64,000 nt of DNA from Phyllosticta citribraziliensis (lineage: Eukaryota). The stretch is taken from positions 1,054,001-1,118,000 of the forward strand of contig NW_027117346.1 in assembly GCF_038025025.1 (NCBI RefSeq), given 5' to 3'. Positions 13,110 through 27,101 of this stretch are shown here, piece after piece. The notes beneath the pieces were generated by a model. The model was not told the DNA's origin, did not search any database, and saw nothing but the letters and a program-made list of their open reading frames with translations. Position numbers and translations under genes: made by a program. Numbering within the stretch: the stretch's first letter is position 1; every line of letters starts with the position of its first letter.

Positions 13110-14987
13110 TCAAGCAGCACCACCTGCTGTAGCAGATCGCTGCCTGTATTCCTGAAAGTCTCGTATGCTCTGCTCGCCTTCCTTGTCGCCGTCGCCAGCC
13201 TGCTCTCGCCTCCACTCCTCCTCTTCCTTCTCCAACATGGCCTGGAACCGCGGTTGCTGGCCGCGGCTCACGTAGACCGGTCGACTCCTCCGAAGCGCCG
13301 CGTCCCGCGTCAGCAGTATGTGCTTCGTCGTACTGCCTGGGCACTCGAACATGGCTTCACCGAGCAGGCGCTCCATCACTGTGCGCAGACCACGGGCGCC
13401 TGTGCTCATCTTGCCGGCCGCTCGTGCGATTTCACGGAGCGCCGGAGAAGTGAATTTGAGCTCGATTCCTGACAACGACAGGAGTTGTTCATACTGCTTG
13501 ACAAGCGAGTTCCGCGGCTCAGTCAAGACCCGCACGAGTGAATCCTCATCCAGTGCCGAAAGTGCGCATGAGATGGGAATGCGGCCAACAAGTTCTGGAA
13601 TGATGCCGTACTTTTGTAGGTCAGCGGGTTCAACAAGATCAAGAGTGTTGATGTCACGGCTGGAGGCCGAGGACGAAGTGGAGTTGGACGGAGGATCAGC
13701 CATGTAGAAGGGAACGTGCTTGCGATAAAGCGCCTCTTCGCCCTTGAAAGCCGTTTCCATCGCTCCAGTTTCAGGGTTGGAGGCGCGGACTGGTGCGCCA
13801 AAGCCAATGCTGCCTTTGGAAATGCGGTCAAGGACAATCTTGCTCAGACCGTTGAAAGCCCCGGCGCAGATGAACAGGATGTTGTCGGTGCGGACATTGA
13901 AGACTTCACTCCGCGGGGGTGATTGTCCCGTGTTCATGCCGCCTGCTCCTCCGCCACCAGTACCACCAGGTGGGCTGTAGGTGTAGCCCGAGGGGTGTCC
14001 TCCAGAACTTTTGGGGCCGCTAGCGGCGCCCCGCTCAGGCTTTGCTTGTATTTGCAAAGTTGTACCCTCAATAATCTTGAGGAGAGCTTGTTGAACGCCT
14101 TCTCCGCTGACGTCCTTGCCATGGCTGACGCGGGCCGTGGCTATTTTGTCTATTTCATCCAGCACGATGATGCCTCGTTCAGCGGCCTCGACGTCGTAGT
14201 TGGCAGCAGCCAAGAGTCTTTGTACGCAGACGTCGGCATCCTCGCCAATGTATCCCGCTTGGGTAAAGGGCGTGCAGTCAGACATGCTAAAAGGAACAGC
14301 AAGCACCCGAGCAAGCGTCTTGGCCATCAACGTCTTTCCAACTCCCGAGGGTCCAAACAGAAGAATGTTCGATTTCTCAATGGTCATGGGGCTTTCATCC
14401 ACTATGGGTGCATCGCCAAGTTTAGGGTGGGCGGGCGGCGCCGGCGATGGAGAGGGAGGCTCGACAGGGTAAGAATGGTCCCAGTCGTTGGTGGTTTGTT
14501 GCTGGCCAGGGAACTCATCTGAAGCAGACAAGTCAGCAGCGCGCGAGAGGTTGTCGGCGGTGCCATGGCTACCTTCGACTGGGTGGCGGTGCCCCATGGT
14601 TCTCCGGGCTTGCTGCTGCAGGCGCTCATTCTCCTCTTCTTCTAGCCGTTGCAGCTCCTGTACCCGCTTGTAGTGGTTGTATACGGCTACACTCAGGACC
14701 CTTTTTGCCCTCTCTTGGCCCACGACAAACTGGTCCAGATGTTGCTTGAGCGCTTTTGGAGTTAGCCGCGGGGCGCCGAGGTTGCTCGCTCCTCCCAGGG
14801 GTCCCGCAGTTGGAAGTCCAGGCTCATAGGTGCTCGTGAAGCCGCTGGTAAAGTCTGCGCGGTCATAGTAGCCCGAAGACGACCGCGAGGCCGAGGTTTT
14901 GAAGCCGCGACTTATGGAAGCCAGAGAGAGATAGGACAGGCGGAGCGGAGGCGCCGAGTGTATGGTGAGGCTGGCAGCAAAAGCCAT
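13110..14987 (-). CDS. clpX: Mitochondrial ClpX-like AAA+ chaperone (Mcx1)
   Basis: LKQHLDQFVVGQERAKRVLSVAVYNHY, Walker A KSNILLFGPSGVGKT, TQAGYIGED, Walker B IIVLDEIDK, DVSGEGVQQALLKIIEG, PELVGRIP, TGARGLR. Probable in-frame intron 14519-14572. Confidence 0.95.
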   Translation of the reverse strand: MAFAASLTIHSAPPLRLSYLSLASISRGFKTSASRSSSGYYDRADFTSGFTSTYEPGLPTAGPLGGASNLGAPRLTPKALKQHLDQFVVGQERAKRVLSVAVYNHYKRVQELQRLEEEENERLQQQARRTMGHRHPVEGSHGTADNLSRAADLSASDEFPGQQQTTNDWDHSYPVEPPSPSPAPPAHPKLGDAPIVDESPMTIEKSNILLFGPSGVGKTLMAKTLARVLAVPFSMSDCTPFTQAGYIGEDADVCVQRLLAAANYDVEAAERGIIVLDEIDKIATARVSHGKDVSGEGVQQALLKIIEGTTLQIQAKPERGAASGPKSSGGHPSGYTYSPPGGTGGGGAGGMNTGQSPPRSEVFNVRTDNILFICAGAFNGLSKIVLDRISKGSIGFGAPVRASNPETGAMETAFKGEEALYRKHVPFYMADPPSNSTSSSASSRDINTLDLVEPADLQKYGIIPELVGRIPISCALSALDEDSLVRVLTEPRNSLVKQYEQLLSLSGIELKFTSPALREIARAAGKMSTGARGLRTVMERLLGEAMFECPGSTTKHILLTRDAALRRSRPVYVSRGQQPRFQAMLEKEEEEWRREQAGDGDKEGEQSIRDFQEYRQRSATAGGAA

Positions 14988-15644
14988 GTTGGGCAACCGA
15001 ACGGGAGCAGTCGTGGTCGGATGACGCAGGCAGTCCTCAGCTTGTAAGCAGCGTCAGTGGCAGGGTTGCGCGAGATGTATGAAATGAAGGCTCATCGCAT
15101 GGCGATGGCTTCACTCCAGCGCGGGTACCCGCTTGAGTCAGCGCGGCGGGGTCAGCGCGGCGGGGAACAGGCAGCGGGCAGAGGCAGAGAGGAGGCTGGG
15201 GCCGCGATGAGAGGAGAGAGAAAGACGAGAAGGGGCAGCGAGGCACAGGAGATAAGAGGGAGAGGGAGAGCGACGTCGAGATGTTCGCGGCCATGGATGG
15301 GTGCCGGTGCCGTCGTGATTGAGCTCTTGACGCGCGCGATCCAAGCTCCTTACCCCAGGCGGGGCTAGCCCCGTTGCGGCAAGGCGCGGCGGATGACGTC
15401 TGGGCGAGCCGTATGTTTGCCAAAGGGTGCGGGTGCATCTCAGAGGCGACTGGGCGCAGGGAATGCGCTACTGTATGCCCGCAGGTGGAGAGAATTCATA
15501 CTCTTCTCAATCCCTACCCGCTACACCTGCAGCCTCTACTTAAGCCTCGCCCGCCGTCGCGTTGTCTGCTTGCTGTGCTCATCTCAACCATCCCTCAACG
15601 TACCCACTCCTCTCCGCATGCCACTCTGATCTTCCCCACCCGCC

Positions 15645-18095
15645 ATGGAAATCAACAACGCCTCTGACAACTCGGTCGTGGGCGACTCTGCCGGCTCTCT
15701 GCCCTCTGATGGCACCGGTATCTTATCTCGCCCGTCTCCAATCCGCTGCGCCGTCGTCTGACCTGACCAGGCATTGTATCCCTCGATCCGTGGCTGTCGC
15801 CCTTCAAGGACGGTCTCCGCACCAGGTACAAGAAGGCCCAAGACTGGATCAAGACCATTGGCGACAATGAAGGTGGTCTGGCCAGCTTCAGCAAGGTAAG
15901 GTGGCGGAAGCTCCCCCCCCAGCGCCTGTGCTGATCCCGCCTGCAGGGATTCGACAAGTTCGGGTTCAACGTCAACGCAAACAACGACATTGTCTACCGC
16001 GAGTGGGCCCCCAACGCCCTGCGCGCCTATCTGATTGGCGATTTCAGTAAGCCGTCCGCTTTTGCAGTGTCAATGGCAACAACTGACGTGAAATCTCACA
16101 GATGGCTGGAACCGGGACTCGCATCAGATGACCAAGGACAACTTCGGCGTCTTTGAAATCATCCTCCCCGCCGTCAATGGCCAGCCTGCCATTCCGCACG
16201 ATTCGAAAATCAAGGTACTGCAGCTTGCCGTGGTTGGGATGCAAGGCTAATGGCTTGACAGATATCACTGGTCGTTCCAAATGACCATGCGCGGCAGGAG
16301 CGCATCCCCGCATGGATTACACGAGTAACACAAGAGCTCTCCGTCTCCCCCGTCTACGATGCCCGATTCTGGAACCCACCCAAGGAGCAAAAGTATGTCT
16401 TCAAGCATCCGAGGCCGCCCAAGCCTGCAAGCGCCCGCATCTACGAAGCCCACGTTGGCATTTCATCGCCCGAGGGCAAGGTTGCGACCTACAAAGAGTT
16501 TACGGCCAATGTTCTCCCCCGGATCAAGCATTTGGGATACAATGTCATCCAGCTCATGGCTGTCATGGAGCATGCTTACTACGCCAGCTTTGGGTACCAG
16601 GTCAACAGCTTTTTCGCGGCTAGCAGCCGCTACGGTTACCCCGATGATTTGAAGGAACTGATTGACACGGCCCACAGCATGGGCATCTCCGTCCTGCTAG
16701 ACGTCGTCCACAGCCACGCGTCGAAGAATGTCTTGGATGGTCTCAACATGTTCGATGGCAGCGATCACCAATATTTCCACGAAGGTGCAAAAGGCAGACA
16801 TGAGCTGTGGGATAGCAGGCTGTTCAACTACGGCAGCTACGAGGTCCTGAGATTTCTCCTCAGCAATCTTCGCTTTTGGATGGATGAATATCAGTTTGAC
16901 GGTTTCCGATTCGATGGTGTCACGAGCATGCTGTACACCCACCACGGCATCGGAACGTAAGTCTGATTTCGAGTCCTCTTATCGTGTGTATGCTGAATTT
17001 GTCTAGGGGTTTCTCCGGAGGGTACCACGAGTACTTTGGTGACAACGTTGACGAAGAGGGCGTTGTGTACCTGATGCTGGCAAACGAGCTGCTTCATAGT
17101 CTCTACCCTAGCGTCATCACCATCGCCGAAGACGTGTCTGGCATGCCAGGACTGTGCGTTGCGCTCTCTCTGGGCGGGATCGGATTCGATTACAGACTGG
17201 CCATGGCGATTCCGGATCTTTACATCAAGTGGCTGAAGGAGAAGCAAGACATTGATTGGGACATGGGGGCCCTGACCTTCACTCTGACCAATCGTCGGCA
17301 CGGCGAAAAGACGATTGCTTACGCCGAGAGCCACGACCAAGCGTAAGTGTCCCGGTTGCTTGATTTGTTCAAGGCTGATGTTTGTAGGCTCGTTGGCGAC
17401 AAGTCACTGCTCATGTGGCTTTGCGACGCTCAGCTCTACACCAACATGTCTGTCCTCACTGAGCTAACACCGGCCATTGACCGAGGTCTTTCGCTCCACA
17501 AGATGATTCGCCTCGTCACCCATGGCCTTGGTGGAGAGGGCTACCTCAACTTCGAAGGAAACGAATTTGGCCATCCAGAGTGGCTCGACTTTCCGCGCGA
17601 AGGCAACGGCAACAGCTTCCACTACGCACGTCGACAATTCAACTTGGTGGATGACCAATTACTTCGCTACCGCTTCTTGAACGAATTCGACAGCAAGATG
17701 CAGTGGACCGAGGAGAAGTATGGCTGGCTCCACAGCCCTCAGGCATATATCAGTCTCAAGCATGATGGAGACAAGGTCATTGTCTTTGAGCGTGCGGGGC
17801 TGCTTTGGATTTTCAATTTCCATCCCTCAAGCAGCTTCACTGACTACCGGGTGGGCGTCGAGCAAGAAGGCACGTACCGAATCGTCATCAATACGGATTC
17901 AAAGGACTTTGGCGGTCACGGAAACGTCGACGACACCACGCGTTTCTTCACGACACCATTCAATTGGAATGACCGCAAAAACTTTTTGCAGGTCTACATT
18001 CCTTCAAGAACGGCAATTGTAAGTCGTATCCATTGGTGGCATTTTCAAGATGGAGCTAACATCGATAGGTCCTTGCGCTCGAAAATACCCTGTAA
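15645..18095 (+). CDS. GLC3: 1,4-alpha-glucan (glycogen) branching enzyme, GH13
   Basis: Eight exons, with introns 15718-15770, 15896-15946, 16047-16101, 16215-16261, 16957-17006, 17343-17387 and 18019-18068. Motifs [67 protein letters not shown]. Confidence 0.96.
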
Positions 18096-18871
18096 TTGTG
18101 AGAAGGAGGGGTCGAACGGACAAGTTTCGGGAGTGGATGCGAGATGGAGATGTCGGATGGAAGGCGTTGGTTGCTAGCTACAGATGGGCATAGATTCACA
18201 AAAATTCAACTCACCCCCTCTTCATAGTCGTCGAGGGGAGTTTTGGCCCAAACTTGACCTTGCTAGCATCCAAGGGGCCGAGAGAGCGGTTACGAATGGA
18301 GGCGAATGGAGTTTGGTCCGAGTTCGGCCCCAACGCGGGGGCTTGCCTTGAATTTGCCATGAGTGATGTATCCGCAGTTCGGCACAGGCGCGTTGACGCT
18401 CTCGAGAAGCGGTTGACATGCGAGCTGCTTGACCAGGCGGCTCGACTTGCCGCAATGGTAGAAAGGGCCGGCCGTGGTCAGCATACCAGCAAGCTGCGAG
18501 GGGAAGGCTGGCGAGGACGTAAATCGGGGCAAAGGCTGCCGGTGCAAGTCGGGGAGGCCCGAGGCAAACATGTCTGTACCAGCCACGTCGGCGAGGACGG
18601 TTAAGCGGTAAAGACGACAGTTGTGCAAGAAGCTACTCCTGTCGAGCACCTTGGAGCATTCGATGGTGCATTCAAACAGTAAATACGCAGATGAAGCTTG
18701 TTGGAGCTGCTGAAGACCCGAGTGTTTCCGGCGTTACTGGCTCATCACGTGCTGCTCTTGGCGTCAACTCGTCCGGCAGAGTGTGAAGCTCCGCCCTTCG
18801 ACGTCGGCACGAATCTTCTCTCCTACACACCTCTCCGCTCCCATCATCACCCCCCTCCGTCGCATTTCAAA

Positions 18872-20906
<2,035 letters not shown>

Positions 20907-21387
20907 TCGGGGTCTTTTAGTGGTTGAGTAGGGACAAAGCCCATTTTTGGGGTGTGCAAGTCGACAAGGTTGCCGCACATGCAGACGGAGCCTCGATGTG
21001 GGTTAGAATCTCCGAGATGAGGTTAGGTCTGCTTTGGGGGAACCGATTTTTTTTTAGCGAGACCGCCTCACAAATTTTTGTTGTACAGAGAGCAAAAAAG
21101 GAGATTCTAAAGCGGATGGGGCATCTGGCACGAAATATGTCTCATGTGCATCCCCCCGGAGGCGTGTAATCTTAAGTGAAAGACTTTTTTCGTGAACAAC
21201 AGCAGCAGCATGGAAGCAATATGTTTTGTCGTTTGGCCCAAATACTGGCAATTCTCGCCGCAATGTTGAGGACGTGATGTACGCATGCACTGCGTCCCGG
21301 GGTGATGGGCTTAGTACTGACAGTGGGCGAAAGAAATGAAACTCCCTGGGTCTAGCTATGGCAGCAAACCACAGCCCGGGCTCATCT

Positions 21388-21486
21388 GTGATGGCGGATG
21401 AGTGCTCCCTAGGTATTACTATGAGAGTAGATGACTGCTCCTCAGGCGTTACTGTAATGACAGGTGACTGCTCCCTGAGCGCAATA
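21388..21486. repeat. Degenerate 33-bp tandem repeat, 3 units
   Basis: Units GTGATGGCGGATGAGTGCTCCCTAGGTATTACT / ATGAGAGTAGATGACTGCTCCTCAGGCGTTACT / GTAATGACAGGTGACTGCTCCCTGAGCGCAATA share GRTGASTGCTCC at exactly 33-bp spacing. Confidence 0.6.
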
Positions 21487-22248
21487 GTGGCAGCGAACAA
21501 TGTCCAACGCTTTCGACACCCACTGAGGCTACGTCATATTGAGTGGAGAACGTGTCCAAGTCGTTATAGCGTTGTCTACTCCGTCATCTCATGTCTGTAA
21601 AACAAGTAAAATGCTATCACTCTTCTAAATGAAAGCCAGAGTGGCTGATTGTTTGATTTGTTGGGCCGCTGTAGATATGTCGCCGAGATGTTGGCGTTGG
21701 ATAGACGGCCTGTCGTCGTGTTTGGGTATTGATGAAGAGAAGGGAGAAGGGGGTGTGTCGTTAAGCAATCACTCAATCACTTCTTCCAATAAGTACTGTT
21801 CTTCTATTTCATTTGGATTTGGAGAGCTATACTACCCTAAAGAACAAGACCACCATGGAAAGCCACAGAAAACCACCTTGATGACCCAAGACAGTATGTG
21901 AAATATACGGGATAAGCAGGAGCTGTAACGTGGGATGAATGAACTCCGTTTACAAGACTTGCAGTCGGAAAGAAACCAATATATCCTCCTTGCTGACGTG
22001 GTATGAGCAAAATGGAAAGAGCATTGCCTCGCCATAGGGAAAAAGGCTGGGGTGATGGCTTGAGACTGGCAACCTCCACGGACGTCGCTAGCCGCCAAGT
22101 CTGGCTGTCTTTCCGAGATCATGACTAGCAGCTACGATGACCTCGCTCCACTCAACGAATGGAAGCGTTGCTTTTTCAAAAGATAGCAATCCAACCCCTG
22201 CCGAACGCAGAGCAGGGCCGCTCATCCGCCAGGCCGGCAGCAGCAGCC

Positions 22249-22947
22249 CTACTCGAAAAGCAAGTCGGCGACGCGCCGCAGGGCCGCCTCGTCGTAGCTC
22301 TGGGTGCGCACGACGGCCGTGCCCGCGCCCATGGCCGTCACCAGCTCGTCGACCTGCGCCGTGGCTTCCTCGCTCTCGGCGTCGTCGTCGACCAGGACCA
22401 GCACCGTCGGCAGCTCGCGCAGGCGCTCGAGCACGACGGCGCCGTCGAGGGTCGGCGCCAGCATCTCGATTGGCGGTTTGGGCGAGTCTGCCTCCAAATC
22501 GTCGTCGTCGTCGTGATGATGGTGGCTGTCGGCGACGGCGACGGCTGGATCCATCTTTAGGAGACTCTCCACGGGAGGCAAGCGTCGGCGTTCTTGGGGG
22601 TAGTTTGTGAAGATCACTAACACTACTGCGGCGGCGTGCTGCAGGAATGCCAGGTGTGTTGGGGTAAGGCCGTTCTCTGGCACGTAGACGGTATGGCGGA
22701 CCTCCTGGTGATAGGCGTGCAGCGCGCGGCCCAAAGGCTCAAATGGGTCTGACTTTGAGGGGAACGGAAGATATGGGGTGAAGAGCCATAGATTCTGAAG
22801 GGATAGAAGATTTCGGATCCCTGAAAGACAGGCCGGGTCTCGGTTCAAGAAGCGTGCTGTTGCTTGGACTGTTGGGGGAAGCTCCTCTTTTTCGTGCAGA
22901 GAGTCCCGGCGAGCTGCTCTGCGGTGGACAAACTTGAGCTCTCCCAT
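22249..22947 (-). CDS. Uncharacterised protein (232 aa) resembling the C-terminal alpha/beta domain of fungal GH3 N-acetylglucosaminidase-like proteins
   Basis: Intronless ORF with good start context (GCCATGG) and protein-like composition: LWLFTP...DPFEPLGRAL...VRHTVY...GLTPTHLAFLQHAAAVVLVI...SYDEAALRRVADLLF. The family link is from memory and unverified. Confidence 0.7.
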   Translation of the reverse strand: MGELKFVHRRAARRDSLHEKEELPPTVQATARFLNRDPACLSGIRNLLSLQNLWLFTPYLPFPSKSDPFEPLGRALHAYHQEVRHTVYVPENGLTPTHLAFLQHAAAVVLVIFTNYPQERRRLPPVESLLKMDPAVAVADSHHHHDDDDDLEADSPKPPIEMLAPTLDGAVVLERLRELPTVLVLVDDDAESEEATAQVDELVTAMGAGTAVVRTQSYDEAALRRVADLLFE

Positions 22948-24041
22948 GGCGAATATCTTCCGAGACTAGTGTATAGATGTCGAGAGCTGGAGGCACAGAT
23001 TTGGGACGGCTACCGAAGACGAGAAAAAAACTGACGGCAGATTTGACGAGGTAGGGTATCGAGGAGAGAAAATGACGCTAAAAGGATGACGATTGAACAA
23101 AAAATGCGGCTTGCAAAAATCCTCCCAAGGAAGCAAAGTAACTGAACAAAAAGTGTTGATAAACGCGATGCTGAAAACTCAATGATATGCTTTGGCGATG
23201 GATCTCTGTGGCTTTCGATATCTTGAGGCGAGACTGGACGAAAAGGTCGACATCTGGGCGACTATTATAGTGGCTCGAGAGGCGTCGTTGGGCAAGTATC
23301 GATGACTATGGAAGGAATGAGAGCGATTGGTGACACAGCCATGGCGGTTGTACAACATGCTATGGATAGATGATCGAAAAATACACCAAATAATGGCTCA
23401 GGGGGCGGCACAGCCAGTGCGACTCGGCGAGGGACAGGGGGGAGTATGTGTGGGCTTCGTCTCGTCGCTCCCAGGACAGACTGAATGAGCGGGATGAGGT
23501 GACGCAGGAGCAGAGTCGAACGGGAAGACGATGCAGCTGGTGGCGGAGGAGCTGGAAATAGGAATAACCATCCAGGTCAAGGCAGAGAGCAATGTCGGCT
23601 CGAGGTATTCAATCCGCGTGGACCGGGCGAAGAAGGTCGCACAAGACGTCCAATAATTCGCGGGCGCTGGCGAATTGAAGCTGGCGAGGGCTGAGGCCGG
23701 TGCAACGCCGTCAGACGGCGAGTGGAGCATGCGAAGTGACTGATGCAGCAGGATGCCAGCGATGAGCAAAGAGGCAGTCCGCGCCGCGTTGTTCCTGGGC
23801 CGCTGTGGGAGTTGGACGACGTCGTTTCGCGCGCTTTGCCTCTTTCGGCCACGCGTCGGCTGGCAACAACATGGGCTTCTGTACGGACCCTCTCGCTCGC
23901 TCGCATCCATGCCCACGGCATGCTCCTCCATGCGCTCCACCTCCACGCCGTTGCTCCCTCGCGCCTTCTGCAATGCCTGCACCGACTCATGGTCACTTGA
24001 TTCCCCTCCTGTCCAACCACCACACTCGAATCCCGCTAAGC

Positions 24042-26436
24042 ATGCCTCCAGACACGAATACCGACGCGAACCGTGCCATTGAGGCCCTCGCTGTAGGTCC
24101 GTCGCTTTCGTTCTGTGCCACGCCTGCTCGGGGATTGCCGCTGATCATCTTTCGACCAAAGCCTCCAGGACTGCTGCAAAGCACCGCAAGGACAAGGTCA
24201 ACACTGTTGTCGACCCAATCTGCAATTATGCGTACCAGAATGGCCTTGATCGCCAACAGCTCAGGGCCATCGTCTACCTCGTCACGCGCAAGACGGAACT
24301 CGACCAGTCCACTTGCACCACGCTCATCAAGAACTTGTATCCCCGCCAAAGTGTTTCTCCCCAGGTCGTCATTAGGGTCGTCACCGGTTTTGGTCAAGGC
24401 CAAACCAAGCCTTCCATTGCTACCCAGAGCGCCCTGTTGAAATGGCTCATTGCCGTGCTCGACGTGCTAGAAGACCCCTCGGTCCTGTCCAAGCTCTACG
24501 GCGTCCTCTTCAACCAGCTGGATGTCATGGGCACCAGAACTCCGTTGTGCCAATTGCTCAGCCTAATCACCAGGCGCAAGCACGTGCGGCCTTTTCGCAT
24601 CCAGCAGCTTCTCGAAATGGTCCACCTTACAGGACAGGATCCCGCCCTGGTCGGCCTCTTGCACGTCTTCAAGGACTATTATCCCGACATCATCATCGGC
24701 AATGCCGCCAAGAGCCGAACATCCCTCCCAGCGCCGTCCCATGACGAGTGGAGACAGCGCCTGCAAGCCATCCAAGAAGCCGACGTGGACAGGGCTGAGC
24801 AGCTCCTGACGCAGCCGGGTGGCTTCAAGGTTGTCCGCCGGGGAGCAAAACGAAGTAAGGCGTCCATTGTGCCTGAAGTGCACACGTCTCACGCAGGAGC
24901 ATCGTCCGTGACGCTCGAGGAGATTGACAATGCCGATGGCCTCGTGAAGAACCTACACAAGATTGAATTGCCGAATCAAGTTTTGGCTGCATTGAAGGAC
25001 CCTCTGTTTCAAAAGTATTTGATACTGAATCCCTCTGATGCAGCTCTCCGCCGCATTGAACTGTGGTTGGAAAGCTATCTCCGCGAAGTCGTCGACGCGG
25101 CGGCGAATAGGACGCCTACCCCACCACACCTGTCTGAGCTGCTCCAAGGACTCCTCACTTTTACGCAAGCCACAAAGGTGCGGATCTCAGATCCATGTGA
25201 TAATCACTTCTAATGGACGCACAGACGCTTCTGCCAACTGCCCAAGTGTTTCTCGAGACGTACCTCCCCCTGTGGAGCGGAGACCAGGACTCTGACGCAA
25301 TCCTGGGACTCGTTGCCTATTGTCCAATCCAGAAATTCAAAGGTGGTCATATCCAGCATCAGCAAGGGCTGTAATACTGACTTCCTGCAGCCTTCCGAAA
25401 GTCAATTCTCGAACCTGCCGAGCAAGCCGTCATTTCCAAAAGCGGCGCAGACGACGACTACACGCGCATCATCACGCTCTACACGCAGCTTAGCATCAAC
25501 TGGAACCTCGCGGCCAACAACGGCTCCAATGGCCCAGGCCCTTCCGACGGCGATGCCGCGGCGCAGAACTTTGCCCTCCTCACCTCGCACATTCATGCCT
25601 CGATACTCTCCCTCCTCGTGGCCTACCCCCCTCCCCCAACCACCGCCATCACCAGCGCCCTGCACCACTACACGACGCTGGCGTCATTATCCAGCGCGGC
25701 GACTCCACTAGCCATCCCACCGTCACACACACTGTACACACTTCTCTTCCAACCCTCCCTCGCCACGCTTTCGTCGACATGTGCGCTTTTAGCAACGTAC
25801 AAGCGCGCCTTTGAAAGCGGGCAGCACGCGGCGACGCTGCCGCGCGAGACCACAAACGCCTTCAACGGCTACCTCATGGACGTGGCCAATCTGCTCTGGC
25901 GCAACCGCGCCCTCACCAGCCACGACCCCAACGCCCTTGCCTGCCTATGCGCCCCACCGCTGGCCGCCTGTCTCAATGCCTACCTCGCAGCGCTACCGCC
26001 AGTCCCGAGCACCACACTGCCGCCTGGCAATGCCGCCGGCGGAGCAGCGGACGAGGCCGCAGCGGCGACGGGGACGGGCCCCGAATACGCGCTCGCCGCG
26101 CTCTTTGGGCTCCCCTTCAACGCGCTGACGGCAGCCATGGCGCTCGCGGCCTTTCGACGCGTCGAAGACGCCGCAGCTGCCGCAGCTTCAACCGCGACAA
26201 CGACGATAGCTACGGGTGTCCGCCATCCTCCTGGCCCTGTGACGCAGCGCAGCCTGCATCGCGTGGCCAAGGCTGGCGGGCTGGTCACCGAGCTCAGCTG
26301 GAAGGCGTATCGCGTCGAGGTGCTGCGGTGGCTGGTGGCGCGGGGAGCGCGCGGGATGCGCGATTTCATGTTTGTCACTATGAAGGATTTGATGAGGGAG
26401 GGATTGCCGGCGGCGGGGTCTGGGGGTGGAGCGTAG
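24042..26436 (+). CDS. mis6: Inner kinetochore protein CENP-I (Mis6/Ctf3)
   Basis: Introns 24097-24161, 25178-25224 and 25343-25390 join the frames. AYQNGL...LDQSTCTTLIKNLYP, TQSALLKWLI, LLSLITRRKHVRPFRIQQLLE, LVGLLHVFKDYYPDII, FNGYLMDVANLLWRNRAL. Start codon uncertain. Confidence 0.88.
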
Positions 26437-27101
26437 GCGTTAGGAAGTGGTAAGGAGATTTTCAGGACTTTGATTGTGGATTGTACTGGTCTTTGTACGG
26501 TCTTGTATCGTGTTGCTTTGCCGAGGTACATTCAACAGCTCGATCCATGCCTAGTCAGTTTGATAAACCGTGTTGGATCTTCGTACCAGAACGAGACGTT
26601 GTCCGGATCTGGCTACACGCTCAGGTACCGCACCATTACTCCGTAGCACAAGACCAGCTTCACGGTTGCGAATACACAAGTATGATCCCATGTGTGTGTA
26701 CTATACATACAAACGATTTGGCACGCTTCTTATGTTGACCAACCCTGCCCCTTTCAATCACCAACCATCGGAGAACCAAGACGAAGATTGAAGGTATAAA
26801 AATTCGTTTAGGAAGGTATTACAAACCGTGTATATGAATGATATGAACAAATCGCCTGCGCGAATTTCCCTTTTCGTTTCCCATTGCGCCGCGTCTCAGT
26901 GACCATGTCATGATTTCCTGTCCCATCTTGGCTTGGCAAAGAAGCCGCTCAACGCCGTCGCCGCGAGGGAGATCCAAATGCCGCGCTGCTATGCTCTGCT
27001 CTGCTCTACCTTCTCTGATCGTCCAAAAAAGAGGCCAGCTTTCATCCGCTCCACCACATTAATTTATCGTCACCTTTCCCACTCGGCACCAGGCAAGGGT
27101 C

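Noticed and set aside
23398..24023. Overlapping ORFs between the GH3-C-like gene and mis6
   Set aside because: No motifs or convincing splice structure; more likely divergent promoter/UTR sequence.
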